Shown here in pieces: positions 17,081-24,413 of a stretch of 24,413 nt of DNA (the first letter of the stretch is position 1; every line of letters begins with the position of its first letter). A program made the translations under genes and the position numbers. The notes under the pieces were generated by a model. The model was not told the origin of the DNA. It worked only from the letters and a program-made list of their open reading frames with translations, and searched no databases. Origin of the DNA: a virus (lineage: Duplodnaviria > Caudoviricetes). The stretch lies in IMG/VR virus record IMGVR_UViG_3300020411_000570, positions 1-24,413 of that record. One strand, given 5' to 3'.

Positions 17081-18135
17081 AAATAGCAATACTTAATGAT
17101 ACACATTGTGGTATTCGTAACTCTTCAGAAATATTTTTAGATAACTCAGAAAAGTTTTATACTGAAGTATTTTTTCCTGAGTGTGAAAAGCAAGGGATAA
17201 AACACATATTGCACCTTGGAGACTATTACGATCATCGCAAGTTTGTAAACTTCAAAGCGTTGAATCATAACAGAAGAGTTTTTTTAGATAGACTTAGAAA
17301 ACGTGGAATGACAATGGACATAATTCCTGGGAATCATGACACGTATTATAAGAACACTAATGAACTAAATGGTTTAAAAGAATGCCTAGGTCATTATATG
17401 AATGAAGTCCATATTGTAATGGAACCAACAGTACTAAAATATGGTTCTTTGAATATAGGACTAGTCCCTTGGATATGCCAAGATAATTATCAGCAGTCTA
17501 TGAACTTTATACAAGATTGTAAAGCTGATTGGATAGGCGCTCATCTAGAACTTAAAGGCTTTGAAATGATGAGAGGATTGACTAACACGCATGGTATGAG
17601 TCCAGATATATTTAAAAGATTTGAATTAGTTTTAACTGGCCATTATCACGTAGGTTCTAAAAAAGACAATATCTGGTATCTTGGTTCGCAAATGGAGTTC
17701 TTTTGGTCAGATGCGCATGATCCAAAGTTCTTTCATATACTCGATACTGAAACAAGACACATAGAAAAAATAAGAAATAATAACACTTTATTTGAAAAAA
17801 TCGTTTACAATGACAAAGAAATAGATTATAATAGTTATAATAAAAATTTATCTAAAAAATTCGTAAAAGTCGTAGTCGCAGAAAAGACCGATCCTTTTAC
17901 ATTCGATAGATTTATAGACAACATACAAAACCAAGACATATACGAGTTAAAGATAGCAGAAAACTTTAACGAATTTATGGGTGCAAATGTCGAAGACGAA
18001 GACATGAACTTCGAAGACACTACAGAAATTGTTGATACATATATAGATGCAGTTGATACTGATTTAGATAAAGATAAGATAAAAGTTCAGATGCGTGAAC
18101 TTATGACTGAAGCGCAAACCTTAGAGATAGCATGA
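17077..18135 (+). CDS. gp47: Recombination endonuclease subunit gp47 (Mre11/SbcD-like)
   Basis: Metallophosphoesterase motifs NDTHCG, LGDYYD, GNHD and GHYH. Confidence 0.95.
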   Translation: MKIAILNDTHCGIRNSSEIFLDNSEKFYTEVFFPECEKQGIKHILHLGDYYDHRKFVNFKALNHNRRVFLDRLRKRGMTMDIIPGNHDTYYKNTNELNGLKECLGHYMNEVHIVMEPTVLKYGSLNIGLVPWICQDNYQQSMNFIQDCKADWIGAHLELKGFEMMRGLTNTHGMSPDIFKRFELVLTGHYHVGSKKDNIWYLGSQMEFFWSDAHDPKFFHILDTETRHIEKIRNNNTLFEKIVYNDKEIDYNSYNKNLSKKFVKVVVAEKTDPFTFDRFIDNIQNQDIYELKIAENFNEFMGANVEDEDMNFEDTTEIVDTYIDAVDTDLDKDKIKVQMRELMTEAQTLEIA

Positions 18136-19832
18136 TTACATTTAAAAGCATTAAGTACAAGAACTTCTTGTCGTCTGGAAACAGCTTTACCGAAATTAAT
18201 TTAAATAAGTACAAGTCTACTTTAGTCGTAGGTCATAATGGTGCTGGTAAGTCTACCATGCTTGATGCCTTATCGTTTTCGTTATTTGGTAAACCACATC
18301 GTAAGATAATGAAGAGTCAACTTGTTAACTCTATTAATCAAAAACAATGCGTAGTGGAAGTAGAATTTTATATTGGTAAAGCGTACTTTAAAATTATACG
18401 TGGAATAAAGCCAACCATATTTGAGATATGGAAAGATGGTACGATGATTAATCAGTCATCTCACGCTAATGAATACCAGAAGATACTCGAACAAAATATC
18501 CTGAAACTCAACCATAAGAGTTTCCATCAAGTTGTTGTGTTAGGTTCTTCATCATTTATTCCTTTTATGCAACTCAATGCTGGACATCGTAGAGACGTTA
18601 TAGAGGACCTTCTAGACATTAATATCTTTTCTAAGATGAACGTAATATTAAGAGAAAAGAACTCTGTTTTAAAAGATAAACTAACAACTATAAACAAAGA
18701 TATCGAGATAAACTCTACTAAAATAGAACAACAAACAAAGTACATAAGAGATATTGCCGCTCTAACTGAAGAGAATAAAAAGAAATATCAAAAGCAAGTT
18801 AAGACAGCAGAAGAAAAGATACTTAAGTTACAAAATGAAAACTCTGAATTGTCTCGCGAGTTAGAAGATAACGATACAGATAACGAGTACAAAAAATTAC
18901 AAGATAAGAAGAACAATATAATATCTCAAACTGCAGAAGTAAAACAACAAATGAAAACTGTAGCAAAGAGAGGAATGTTCTTGGAACAGAACGATACTTG
19001 TCCTACTTGCGAGCAAGATATAACTAATAAAGACATACTATTAAATAGAGTTAAGAACGAAGCCTATCAGTTACAATCAACACTTAACATGATAACTGGT
19101 ACTGAAGATCAATTACAAAATGAAATAAATGACTTAGAACAAGTCATGAATAATATCAGAGAAAAAACAAGCACTATAAATGCTAATAATAGAGAAATAA
19201 CGTCTTTAAATCAAAGCAACGCTGACTTAAAAAAGTATTTAGAAGAAGAAGTTACAGCTGACTTATCTCAAGCTCGAACTGATCTTGATTCTATGAAAGA
19301 TTTAAAAGAAAGTTTTTTTGAAGAAAAATTAAAAGTAAATGAACAGTTTGGTTATAATACAGTTATTGCAGAAATGCTGAAAGATACTGGAATAAAAACT
19401 AAAATTATAAAACAATACTTACCAGCAATTAATAAACTTGTTAATCAATACTTGCAAGTTTTAGATTTCTTTGTACACTTTAATCTAGATGAAAACTTTA
19501 ATGAAACCATTAGATCTAGACATCGAGATGATTTTACTTATGATTCGTTTAGTGAAGGTGAAAAGCAGAGAATAGATTTATCTTTATTATTTACTTGGCG
19601 TCAAATAGCAAAGATGAAAAATTCAGTGGCGACTAACTTGTTGATACTGGATGAAACCTTTGATTCGTCTCTAGACCATGACGGTATCGAAAACTTATTA
19701 AAGATATTATACACTTTAGACGCAGATACTAATACTTTTATAATATCGCATAAGGGAGATATACTCGATGGAAAGTTTCAGTCAAAATTAGAATTTACAA
19801 AAGAAAAGAATTTCTCTAAGATGAAAATTTAA
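18132..19832 (+). CDS. gp46: Recombination ATPase gp46 (Rad50/SbcC-like)
   Basis: KNFLSSGN, Walker A GHNGAGKS, zinc hook CPTC, signature FSEGEK, Walker B LILDE..DSSLD and ISH. Confidence 0.96.
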   Translation: MITFKSIKYKNFLSSGNSFTEINLNKYKSTLVVGHNGAGKSTMLDALSFSLFGKPHRKIMKSQLVNSINQKQCVVEVEFYIGKAYFKIIRGIKPTIFEIWKDGTMINQSSHANEYQKILEQNILKLNHKSFHQVVVLGSSSFIPFMQLNAGHRRDVIEDLLDINIFSKMNVILREKNSVLKDKLTTINKDIEINSTKIEQQTKYIRDIAALTEENKKKYQKQVKTAEEKILKLQNENSELSRELEDNDTDNEYKKLQDKKNNIISQTAEVKQQMKTVAKRGMFLEQNDTCPTCEQDITNKDILLNRVKNEAYQLQSTLNMITGTEDQLQNEINDLEQVMNNIREKTSTINANNREITSLNQSNADLKKYLEEEVTADLSQARTDLDSMKDLKESFFEEKLKVNEQFGYNTVIAEMLKDTGIKTKIIKQYLPAINKLVNQYLQVLDFFVHFNLDENFNETIRSRHRDDFTYDSFSEGEKQRIDLSLLFTWRQIAKMKNSVATNLLILDETFDSSLDHDGIENLLKILYTLDADTNTFIISHKGDILDGKFQSKLEFTKEKNFSKMKI

Positions 19833-19834
19833 AT

Positions 19835-19864
19835 GTTTACTTTTGTTAAAAAATGTGTTATAAT
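19835..19864 (+). promoter_or_regulatory. Sigma70/T4-early-type promoter for gp45 operon
   Basis: G-TTTACT (19836-19841), 17 nt, then TATAAT (19859-19864) preceded by TGn (extended -10). Confidence 0.82.
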
Positions 19865-19897
19865 AATAACAATTAATCAATACAAGGAAGGTATATT

Positions 19898-20575
19898 ATG
19901 CAACTAAGTGAAAGTACTGTAGACGTTCTTAGGAACTTTTCCGGCATTAATCAAAATCTCTTGATTAAATCCGGTTCAACTATTAAAACTATCAGTGAAG
20001 CTAAAAACGTAGTAGCTACAGCTGATATTGCCGAAAATTTCGAAAAAGATTTTGGCATATATGATTTAAATGAATTTATTGGTGTTATGGGATTAGTCAA
20101 TAATCCAGACTTAAAATTTGAAGACGACTTTGTTATCGTTCAAGATGAAAGTGGTAGGTCAAAGGTTAAATACTTTTACGCCGCTGAAGAAACAGTTACA
20201 ACACCGACAAAAGACGTAACGATGCCAGAGCCAGATGTTAAGTTTACTTTAGATAACGATACTTTAAATAAACTTAAGAAAGCTGCTTCTACGTTAGGTC
20301 ACGACGAATTATCAATATCAGCAAAAGATGGCGTGTTAAGCCTTTCAATTGTTGAAAATCAAAATGCAACATCAAATGCATTTTCTATTGATATAGATGG
20401 TGAATTTAAACAGGACGCTGTCTTTAATTTTGTCATCAAAATTTCTAATCTTAAAATCCTAGCTGGTGATTATGATGTAGAAATATCCTCTAGATTAATA
20501 ACGCAATTCAAACACAAAGAGGTAGGTGTAAGATATTGGATTGCACTTGAAAAAACTTCAACATACGGAGCATGA
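19898..20575 (+). CDS. gp45: Sliding clamp gp45
   Basis: LS..T...L.NFSGINQN, FGIYDLNEF, NLKILAGDY.V.IS and YWIALE. Confidence 0.95.
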   Translation: MQLSESTVDVLRNFSGINQNLLIKSGSTIKTISEAKNVVATADIAENFEKDFGIYDLNEFIGVMGLVNNPDLKFEDDFVIVQDESGRSKVKYFYAAEETVTTPTKDVTMPEPDVKFTLDNDTLNKLKKAASTLGHDELSISAKDGVLSLSIVENQNATSNAFSIDIDGEFKQDAVFNFVIKISNLKILAGDYDVEISSRLITQFKHKEVGVRYWIALEKTSTYGA

Positions 20576-20576
20576 C

Positions 20577-20813
20577 ATGTCAGAAAATTTGAAGCAATTA
20601 AAAGACCTTAGTAATAAGGCGGCTAGGAGTACAGTAGCAGTTATTGACGCTGTAACTCAAAGAGGTGGTTTTAAAGGCGAAGAGCTTACAACCATTGGTG
20701 GTTTAAGAGATCAGTGTGTGCAGATAATTCAGTTATCAGAGCAAATTCAGCAAGAAGATGCTATGAACGATGCTAGTGTACAAACTGAAAATGTGGCTAA
20801 ACCTAAAAAATAA
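20577..20813 (+). CDS. Hypothetical 78-aa helical protein (start corrected to 20577)
   Basis: GGAG SD at 20567-20570, then ATG at 20577. Contains VIDAVTQRGGFKGEEL..IG.LRD, a pattern I recall from small marine viral proteins. Confidence 0.7.
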   Translation: MSENLKQLKDLSNKAARSTVAVIDAVTQRGGFKGEELTTIGGLRDQCVQIIQLSEQIQQEDAMNDASVQTENVAKPKK

Positions 20814-20862
20814 TTTACGTAATGATTATTGATTTTATTATTTTGTTATGGAGAATACGTAA

Positions 20863-21801
20863 ATGTCAAATGAATTTCTATGGGTTGAAAAATATCGACC
20901 TACTAAAATAGAAGATACTATTTTACCTGAGTCTTTAAAAAAGACCTTCCAAAAAATAGTAACTGGTGGTGAACTCCCTAATATGTTATTCACTGGTACT
21001 GCTGGCTTAGGTAAGACTACCGTAGCTCGAGCTCTATGTAATGAGCTCGACTGCGATTATATCTTAATTAATGGTTCTGAGGAAGGTAACATCGATACGT
21101 TAAGAACCAAAATAAAACAGTTTGCTTCATCAGTTTCTTTACAAGGTGGCTATAAAGTAGTTATCCTTGATGAAGCAGATTATCTTAATCCACAATCTAC
21201 TCAACCAGCTCTTCGCGGCTTTATCGAAGAGTTTTCTAATAATTGTAGATTTATTTTAACTTGTAATTTTAAGAATCGTATTATTGAACCACTTCATTCT
21301 AGATGTGGTGTATACGAGTTTAATACTTCCAAAAAAGATATGGTAGATCTTTGCCAAAATTTTATGGCAAGGTGTCAACTTATACTCTCAAACGAACAAA
21401 TTAAATATGATGATAAAGCTGTAGCTGAACTTATCATGAAGTTTGCTCCTGATTGGCGAAGAGTATTAAACGAGTTACAAAGATATTCAATCAACGGCAT
21501 GATTGATAGTGGAATACTTACTAACATCAAGGATAAAAACTACGATGATCTTTTCTCTCATTTGAAAAATAAAGATTTTAAAAAGATGAGAAATTGGGTA
21601 GTAAACAATATAGATACAGATGCAAGCGCAATTTTTAGAGCCATGTACGATAGGATGAGTGATAAGGTTGCGCCTCAATCAATACCACAACTGGTGCTTA
21701 TTCTTGCAGACTATCAATATAAAAACGCATTTGTAGCTGACCACGAACTTAACGTGGTGGCTTGTTTAACGGAGGTTATGTCAGATGTTCAATTCAATTA
21801 A
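20863..21801 (+). CDS. gp44: Clamp loader large subunit gp44
   Basis: LWVEKYRP, GTAGLGKTT, INGSEE, ILDEAD, SRC and PDWRR.LNELQ (RFC-type AAA+). Confidence 0.97.
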   Translation: MSNEFLWVEKYRPTKIEDTILPESLKKTFQKIVTGGELPNMLFTGTAGLGKTTVARALCNELDCDYILINGSEEGNIDTLRTKIKQFASSVSLQGGYKVVILDEADYLNPQSTQPALRGFIEEFSNNCRFILTCNFKNRIIEPLHSRCGVYEFNTSKKDMVDLCQNFMARCQLILSNEQIKYDDKAVAELIMKFAPDWRRVLNELQRYSINGMIDSGILTNIKDKNYDDLFSHLKNKDFKKMRNWVVNNIDTDASAIFRAMYDRMSDKVAPQSIPQLVLILADYQYKNAFVADHELNVVACLTEVMSDVQFN

Positions 21802-22084
21802 ATTAACTTTATACACTCAAGAAGACTGTTATTATTGTTTCGAAATGAAAAAGAAACTTGTAGAATGGGGATATGATTTTAGAGAAATAAATTTAAGTCA
21901 TGATCTATTTGCAAAAGATTTTTTAAAAGAAAATGGTCATCGTACAGTTCCACAATTATATTGGAACAGAACTCATTTAAATAAAGTTCCAACAGCAGAA
22001 CTTACAAAAGAACACATAGAAGCAGAACTAGATTATGAAAACTATTTAGGTGGAGTCGAAAATTGGGGAGCTCAAAGAGCGTAG
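21785..22084 (+). CDS. Glutaredoxin-like protein
   Basis: LYTQEDCYYC active site and cis-Pro motif TVPQ; GGAGG SD upstream. Confidence 0.85.
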   Translation: MFNSIKLTLYTQEDCYYCFEMKKKLVEWGYDFREINLSHDLFAKDFLKENGHRTVPQLYWNRTHLNKVPTAELTKEHIEAELDYENYLGGVENWGAQRA

Positions 22085-23247
22085 CTATTATAGGTGCTGG
22101 CGTCGCTGGTATAACAACTGCTTATTTCTTAGCAAAAAAATATAGAGTAGTATTATTTGATCCTAATGGCGTGGCTGAACAATGCAGTTATGCAAATGGT
22201 GGTCAACTTTCTGTATGTAATGCAGAAGTGTGGAATAGCTATGACAACATACTCAAAGGTATTAAATGGTTGACACAACCAGATGCTCCATTAGCTTTTA
22301 GACCAGATCACTGGTCATGGCGTAAAGTAAAATGGATTGCTGGTTTTATCGGCGCGACTATTACTAATAAATACGATTATAACACTCGTAGAACTATCGA
22401 ATATAGTTTAAGATCTCGTAGGCTACTTAAAAAGTTAATGAAAGAAATAGACATTGACTTTCATCATAATGACTGTGGCATATTACACATATATAAAAAT
22501 CAAAAGTCTTGGGATAAAGCTCAAAGAACTTTGGACAGATTTAAAGATACTGGTTGGGGTAGAGTTAAAACAAAAACTAATCTTATAAAGTATAATATTA
22601 AATCAAACGACGTTGTTGGTGCCACTATTACTAAGGGTGATTCAGTCGGTGACATACATGCGTTTACTAGTAAATTATCAGAGTACATGAGATCTAGCGA
22701 AGAATATGATTACAGTTTTCGTATCAATAAAATCGTGCGTAATGAAAATGAAGTACGTTGGTCTAATCCGAGAGATATGGCAATAAGTATTGAAACTCTT
22801 AAAAAAGATTATGACGAAGTAATTATATGCGCAGGTGCTTATACTATTGGATTTGTACCAAATCTAAATATATATCCGATCAAAGGTTATTCTATAACTT
22901 ATGAGAACGCTGATGCTGCTCCAACGATATCTGTACTTGATGACGATAGAAAAATAGTTGCGTCACCTTTTGCTAATAATGTTTTTAGAGTTGCTGGTAC
23001 GGCAGAACTTGCTGGTTGGAATCACGATATTAGAGAAGACAGAATTAAACCACTATCTAATTGGGTAAAAGAAAACACATTTGTGAACAGTGATGACTAT
23101 GAAAAGTGGGCGTGTTTAAGACCAATGACACCAAACATGTTACCAGTTGTTGGTAAAGTAAAAGGGTTATGGGTTAACAGCGGAGCTGGACATCTTGGTT
23201 GGACGATGGCCATGGCTCTTGCAGAAAAAATAGCAAAGGAAATATAA
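22063..23247 (+). CDS. dadA: FAD-dependent D-amino acid dehydrogenase (DadA/DAO family)
   Basis: Rossmann GAGVAGITTAY, SYANGGQLS..NAEVWN, YPIKGYSIT, RVAGTAE, W..LRPMTPNMLP and N.G.GHLGWT. TTG start with a GGAG SD. Confidence 0.85.
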   Translation: MGSSKSVAIIGAGVAGITTAYFLAKKYRVVLFDPNGVAEQCSYANGGQLSVCNAEVWNSYDNILKGIKWLTQPDAPLAFRPDHWSWRKVKWIAGFIGATITNKYDYNTRRTIEYSLRSRRLLKKLMKEIDIDFHHNDCGILHIYKNQKSWDKAQRTLDRFKDTGWGRVKTKTNLIKYNIKSNDVVGATITKGDSVGDIHAFTSKLSEYMRSSEEYDYSFRINKIVRNENEVRWSNPRDMAISIETLKKDYDEVIICAGAYTIGFVPNLNIYPIKGYSITYENADAAPTISVLDDDRKIVASPFANNVFRVAGTAELAGWNHDIREDRIKPLSNWVKENTFVNSDDYEKWACLRPMTPNMLPVVGKVKGLWVNSGAGHLGWTMAMALAEKIAKEI

Positions 23248-23477
23248 TGGAAATTGAAATGTTAAATCAATTTATCAATCAACTAGCGATGTGTGAGTTA
23301 TTATCAGCACACAGTTTAATGCAACCGTCGCTTTCTTTTGATTGCAAACAAATAGAAATCTTTATACAAGAATCTTATTTTGATAATGACTATAACGCAT
23401 TTATAAAATGGTGGGACGCGACGGTAGTACCAGTAGTAAATGAGTTACAAACACTAGTAGAGAAACGTACATCATGA
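23247..23477 (+). CDS. Hypothetical 76-aa protein (start corrected to 23247)
   Basis: TAATG coupling with the dadA stop, AAGGA SD, and ATGA overlap with gp62. Confidence 0.6.
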   Translation: MEIEMLNQFINQLAMCELLSAHSLMQPSLSFDCKQIEIFIQESYFDNDYNAFIKWWDATVVPVVNELQTLVEKRTS

Positions 23478-23851
23478 ATCCGTTTGAATATGCTAACGCA
23501 ATAAATTACACTAAGAAGAATATTATGGTAGACGATCTAGCTGAAAAAGCGTACTTGCCGTACATGATGAATCGTCAGTTATCGTACTTTCCAGACACAG
23601 TTTTAGCCGCCAATGAGATGAATCGAAACCATCACTTAGATAATCGTCTACAATTCGATTTTTTTATAAATATAATTAGAAAGCGCAAAAGGTTTTCTAA
23701 ATGGTTTAAACCAGAACAAATTAGTGATTTGGAGACTATTAAACAATACTATGGTTACAGCAATGAGAAAGCCCGCCAAGTATTATCTCTCCTATCCACT
23801 GAACAGATAAATGAATTAAAGAATAAGGTGGCCAAAGGTGGAAGAAAATAA
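23474..23851 (+). CDS. gp62: Clamp loader small subunit gp62
   Basis: PFEY.NAINY.K, Y.PYMMNR.LSYF.DT..AANEMN, RKRFSKW and YYGYSNEKA. Confidence 0.93.
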   Translation: MNPFEYANAINYTKKNIMVDDLAEKAYLPYMMNRQLSYFPDTVLAANEMNRNHHLDNRLQFDFFINIIRKRKRFSKWFKPEQISDLETIKQYYGYSNEKARQVLSLLSTEQINELKNKVAKGGRK

Positions 23852-24254
23852 TATAGTAGAATGGAACCCTAATGATATGTTAGAGGTTACATTAAACGAG
23901 CCTGATGATTTCCTAAAAATAAGAGAAACATTAACAAGAATTGGCGTAGCTTCAAGAAAAGACAATAAGTTATATCAATCATGCCATATCCTACATAAAC
24001 AAGGACGATACTTCATAGTACATTTTAAAGAATTATTTTTGTTAGACGGTAAGAAATCTAACCTAGAGGAGAATGACGTAGCGAGAAGAAATACTATTGC
24101 TACTCTTATGAGCGATTGGGGATTATTAAGCATAGATAAAAAAGATAATGCTCAACCAGTAGCTCCACTAAGACAGATTAAAATAATATCTTTTAAAGAT
24201 AAAGATCAATGGGAGCTTTGTCCTAAGTACAATATTGGAAACGGCTCAAAGTAA
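23838..24254 (+). CDS. regA: Translational repressor RegA
   Basis: EPDDFLKIRETLTRIGVAS, LYQSCHILHKQGRYFIVHFKELF.LDG, RRNTIA.L..DWGL and W.L.PKY.IG. Confidence 0.96.
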   Translation: MEENNIVEWNPNDMLEVTLNEPDDFLKIRETLTRIGVASRKDNKLYQSCHILHKQGRYFIVHFKELFLLDGKKSNLEENDVARRNTIATLMSDWGLLSIDKKDNAQPVAPLRQIKIISFKDKDQWELCPKYNIGNGSK

Positions 24255-24298
24255 AAAAAAAAGTTTAACATAACCGTTTAAATTTAAAAAAAAAGTAT

Positions 24299-24306
24299 TA
24301 TATATA
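24299..24306 (+). promoter_or_regulatory. Possible variant late promoter TATATATA
   Basis: One mismatch to TATAAATA. It would start transcription at about 24311, the base of the first leader hairpin. Confidence 0.4.
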
Positions 24307-24310
24307 TTAT

Positions 24311-24367
24311 AGGATGCCGAATAGTTCGGGTCCTTTATTTAACCTTGCTAGTCAATAGGAGGATATT
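24311..24367 (+). promoter_or_regulatory. Two-hairpin 5' UTR, ROSE-like RNA thermometer
   Basis: Hairpin 1 is AGGAT-G-CCGAA-TAG-TTCGG-GTCCT (24311-24334). Hairpin 2 is CCTT-G-CTA-GTCAA-TAGGAGG (24343-24362), where UUGCU pairs with the SD and leaves a bulged G. Confidence 0.65.
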
Positions 24368-24413
24368 ATGACTGGAAATTTTGTATTCCCAAGAAACGCT
24401 TTTTTAGGTTTCG
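24368..24413 (+). CDS. 5' end of probable small heat shock protein (Hsp20/IbpA-like), truncated by window
   Basis: AGGAGG SD; MTGNFVFPRNAFLGF(D/E?) resembles the IbpA-type N-terminal xGFD motif. hsp20 commonly follows regA in marine T4-like phages. Only 15 codons are visible. Confidence 0.65.
   Translation, partial: MTGNFVFPRNAFLGF

Noticed and set aside
24253-24294. Poly-A runs after regA as terminator or sigma32 promoter
   Set aside because: There is no GC stem and no convincing sigma32 -35/-10. At most these are UP-element-like A-tracts.
1-24413. tRNAs, CRISPR arrays, introns/inteins, homing endonucleases, transposases
   Set aside because: None was seen. Core genes (gp17, gp20, gp23, uvsW, gp46, gp44) are of normal length and uninterrupted, and intergenic spaces are too short.

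Overview
AT-rich, gene-dense segment of a T4-like myovirus genome. The gene order resembles marine cyanophage/pelagiphage-type T4-like phages. All credible genes are on the + strand. The left two-thirds is the late structural module: gp13, 14, 15, an SNase-type nuclease, gp16-20, core proteins, gp21-23 and gp3, served by TATAAATA late promoters. It is followed by uvsY-uvsW and the replication/transcription module gp55-47-46-45-44-[glutaredoxin, D-amino acid dehydrogenase, ORF]-62-regA, then the start of a probable small heat-shock gene. The most notable observations are: (1) a 45-aa ORF missing from the ORF track (13217-13354), directly behind a late promoter after gp23, that carries the TM-helix + GM..G...K..KGSCGG..CxC signature of NqrM/DUF539, the Na+-NQR maturation factor; (2) a DadA-like flavoprotein inserted between the two clamp-loader genes; (3) a ROSE-like RNA thermometer in front of the sHsp gene; (4) a symmetric pair of back-to-back GTTTAC-17-TATAAT promoters before gp55, whose leftward member has no gene and would make a G-rich antisense RNA. 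All family assignments come from motif recognition by eye. No database searches were run.
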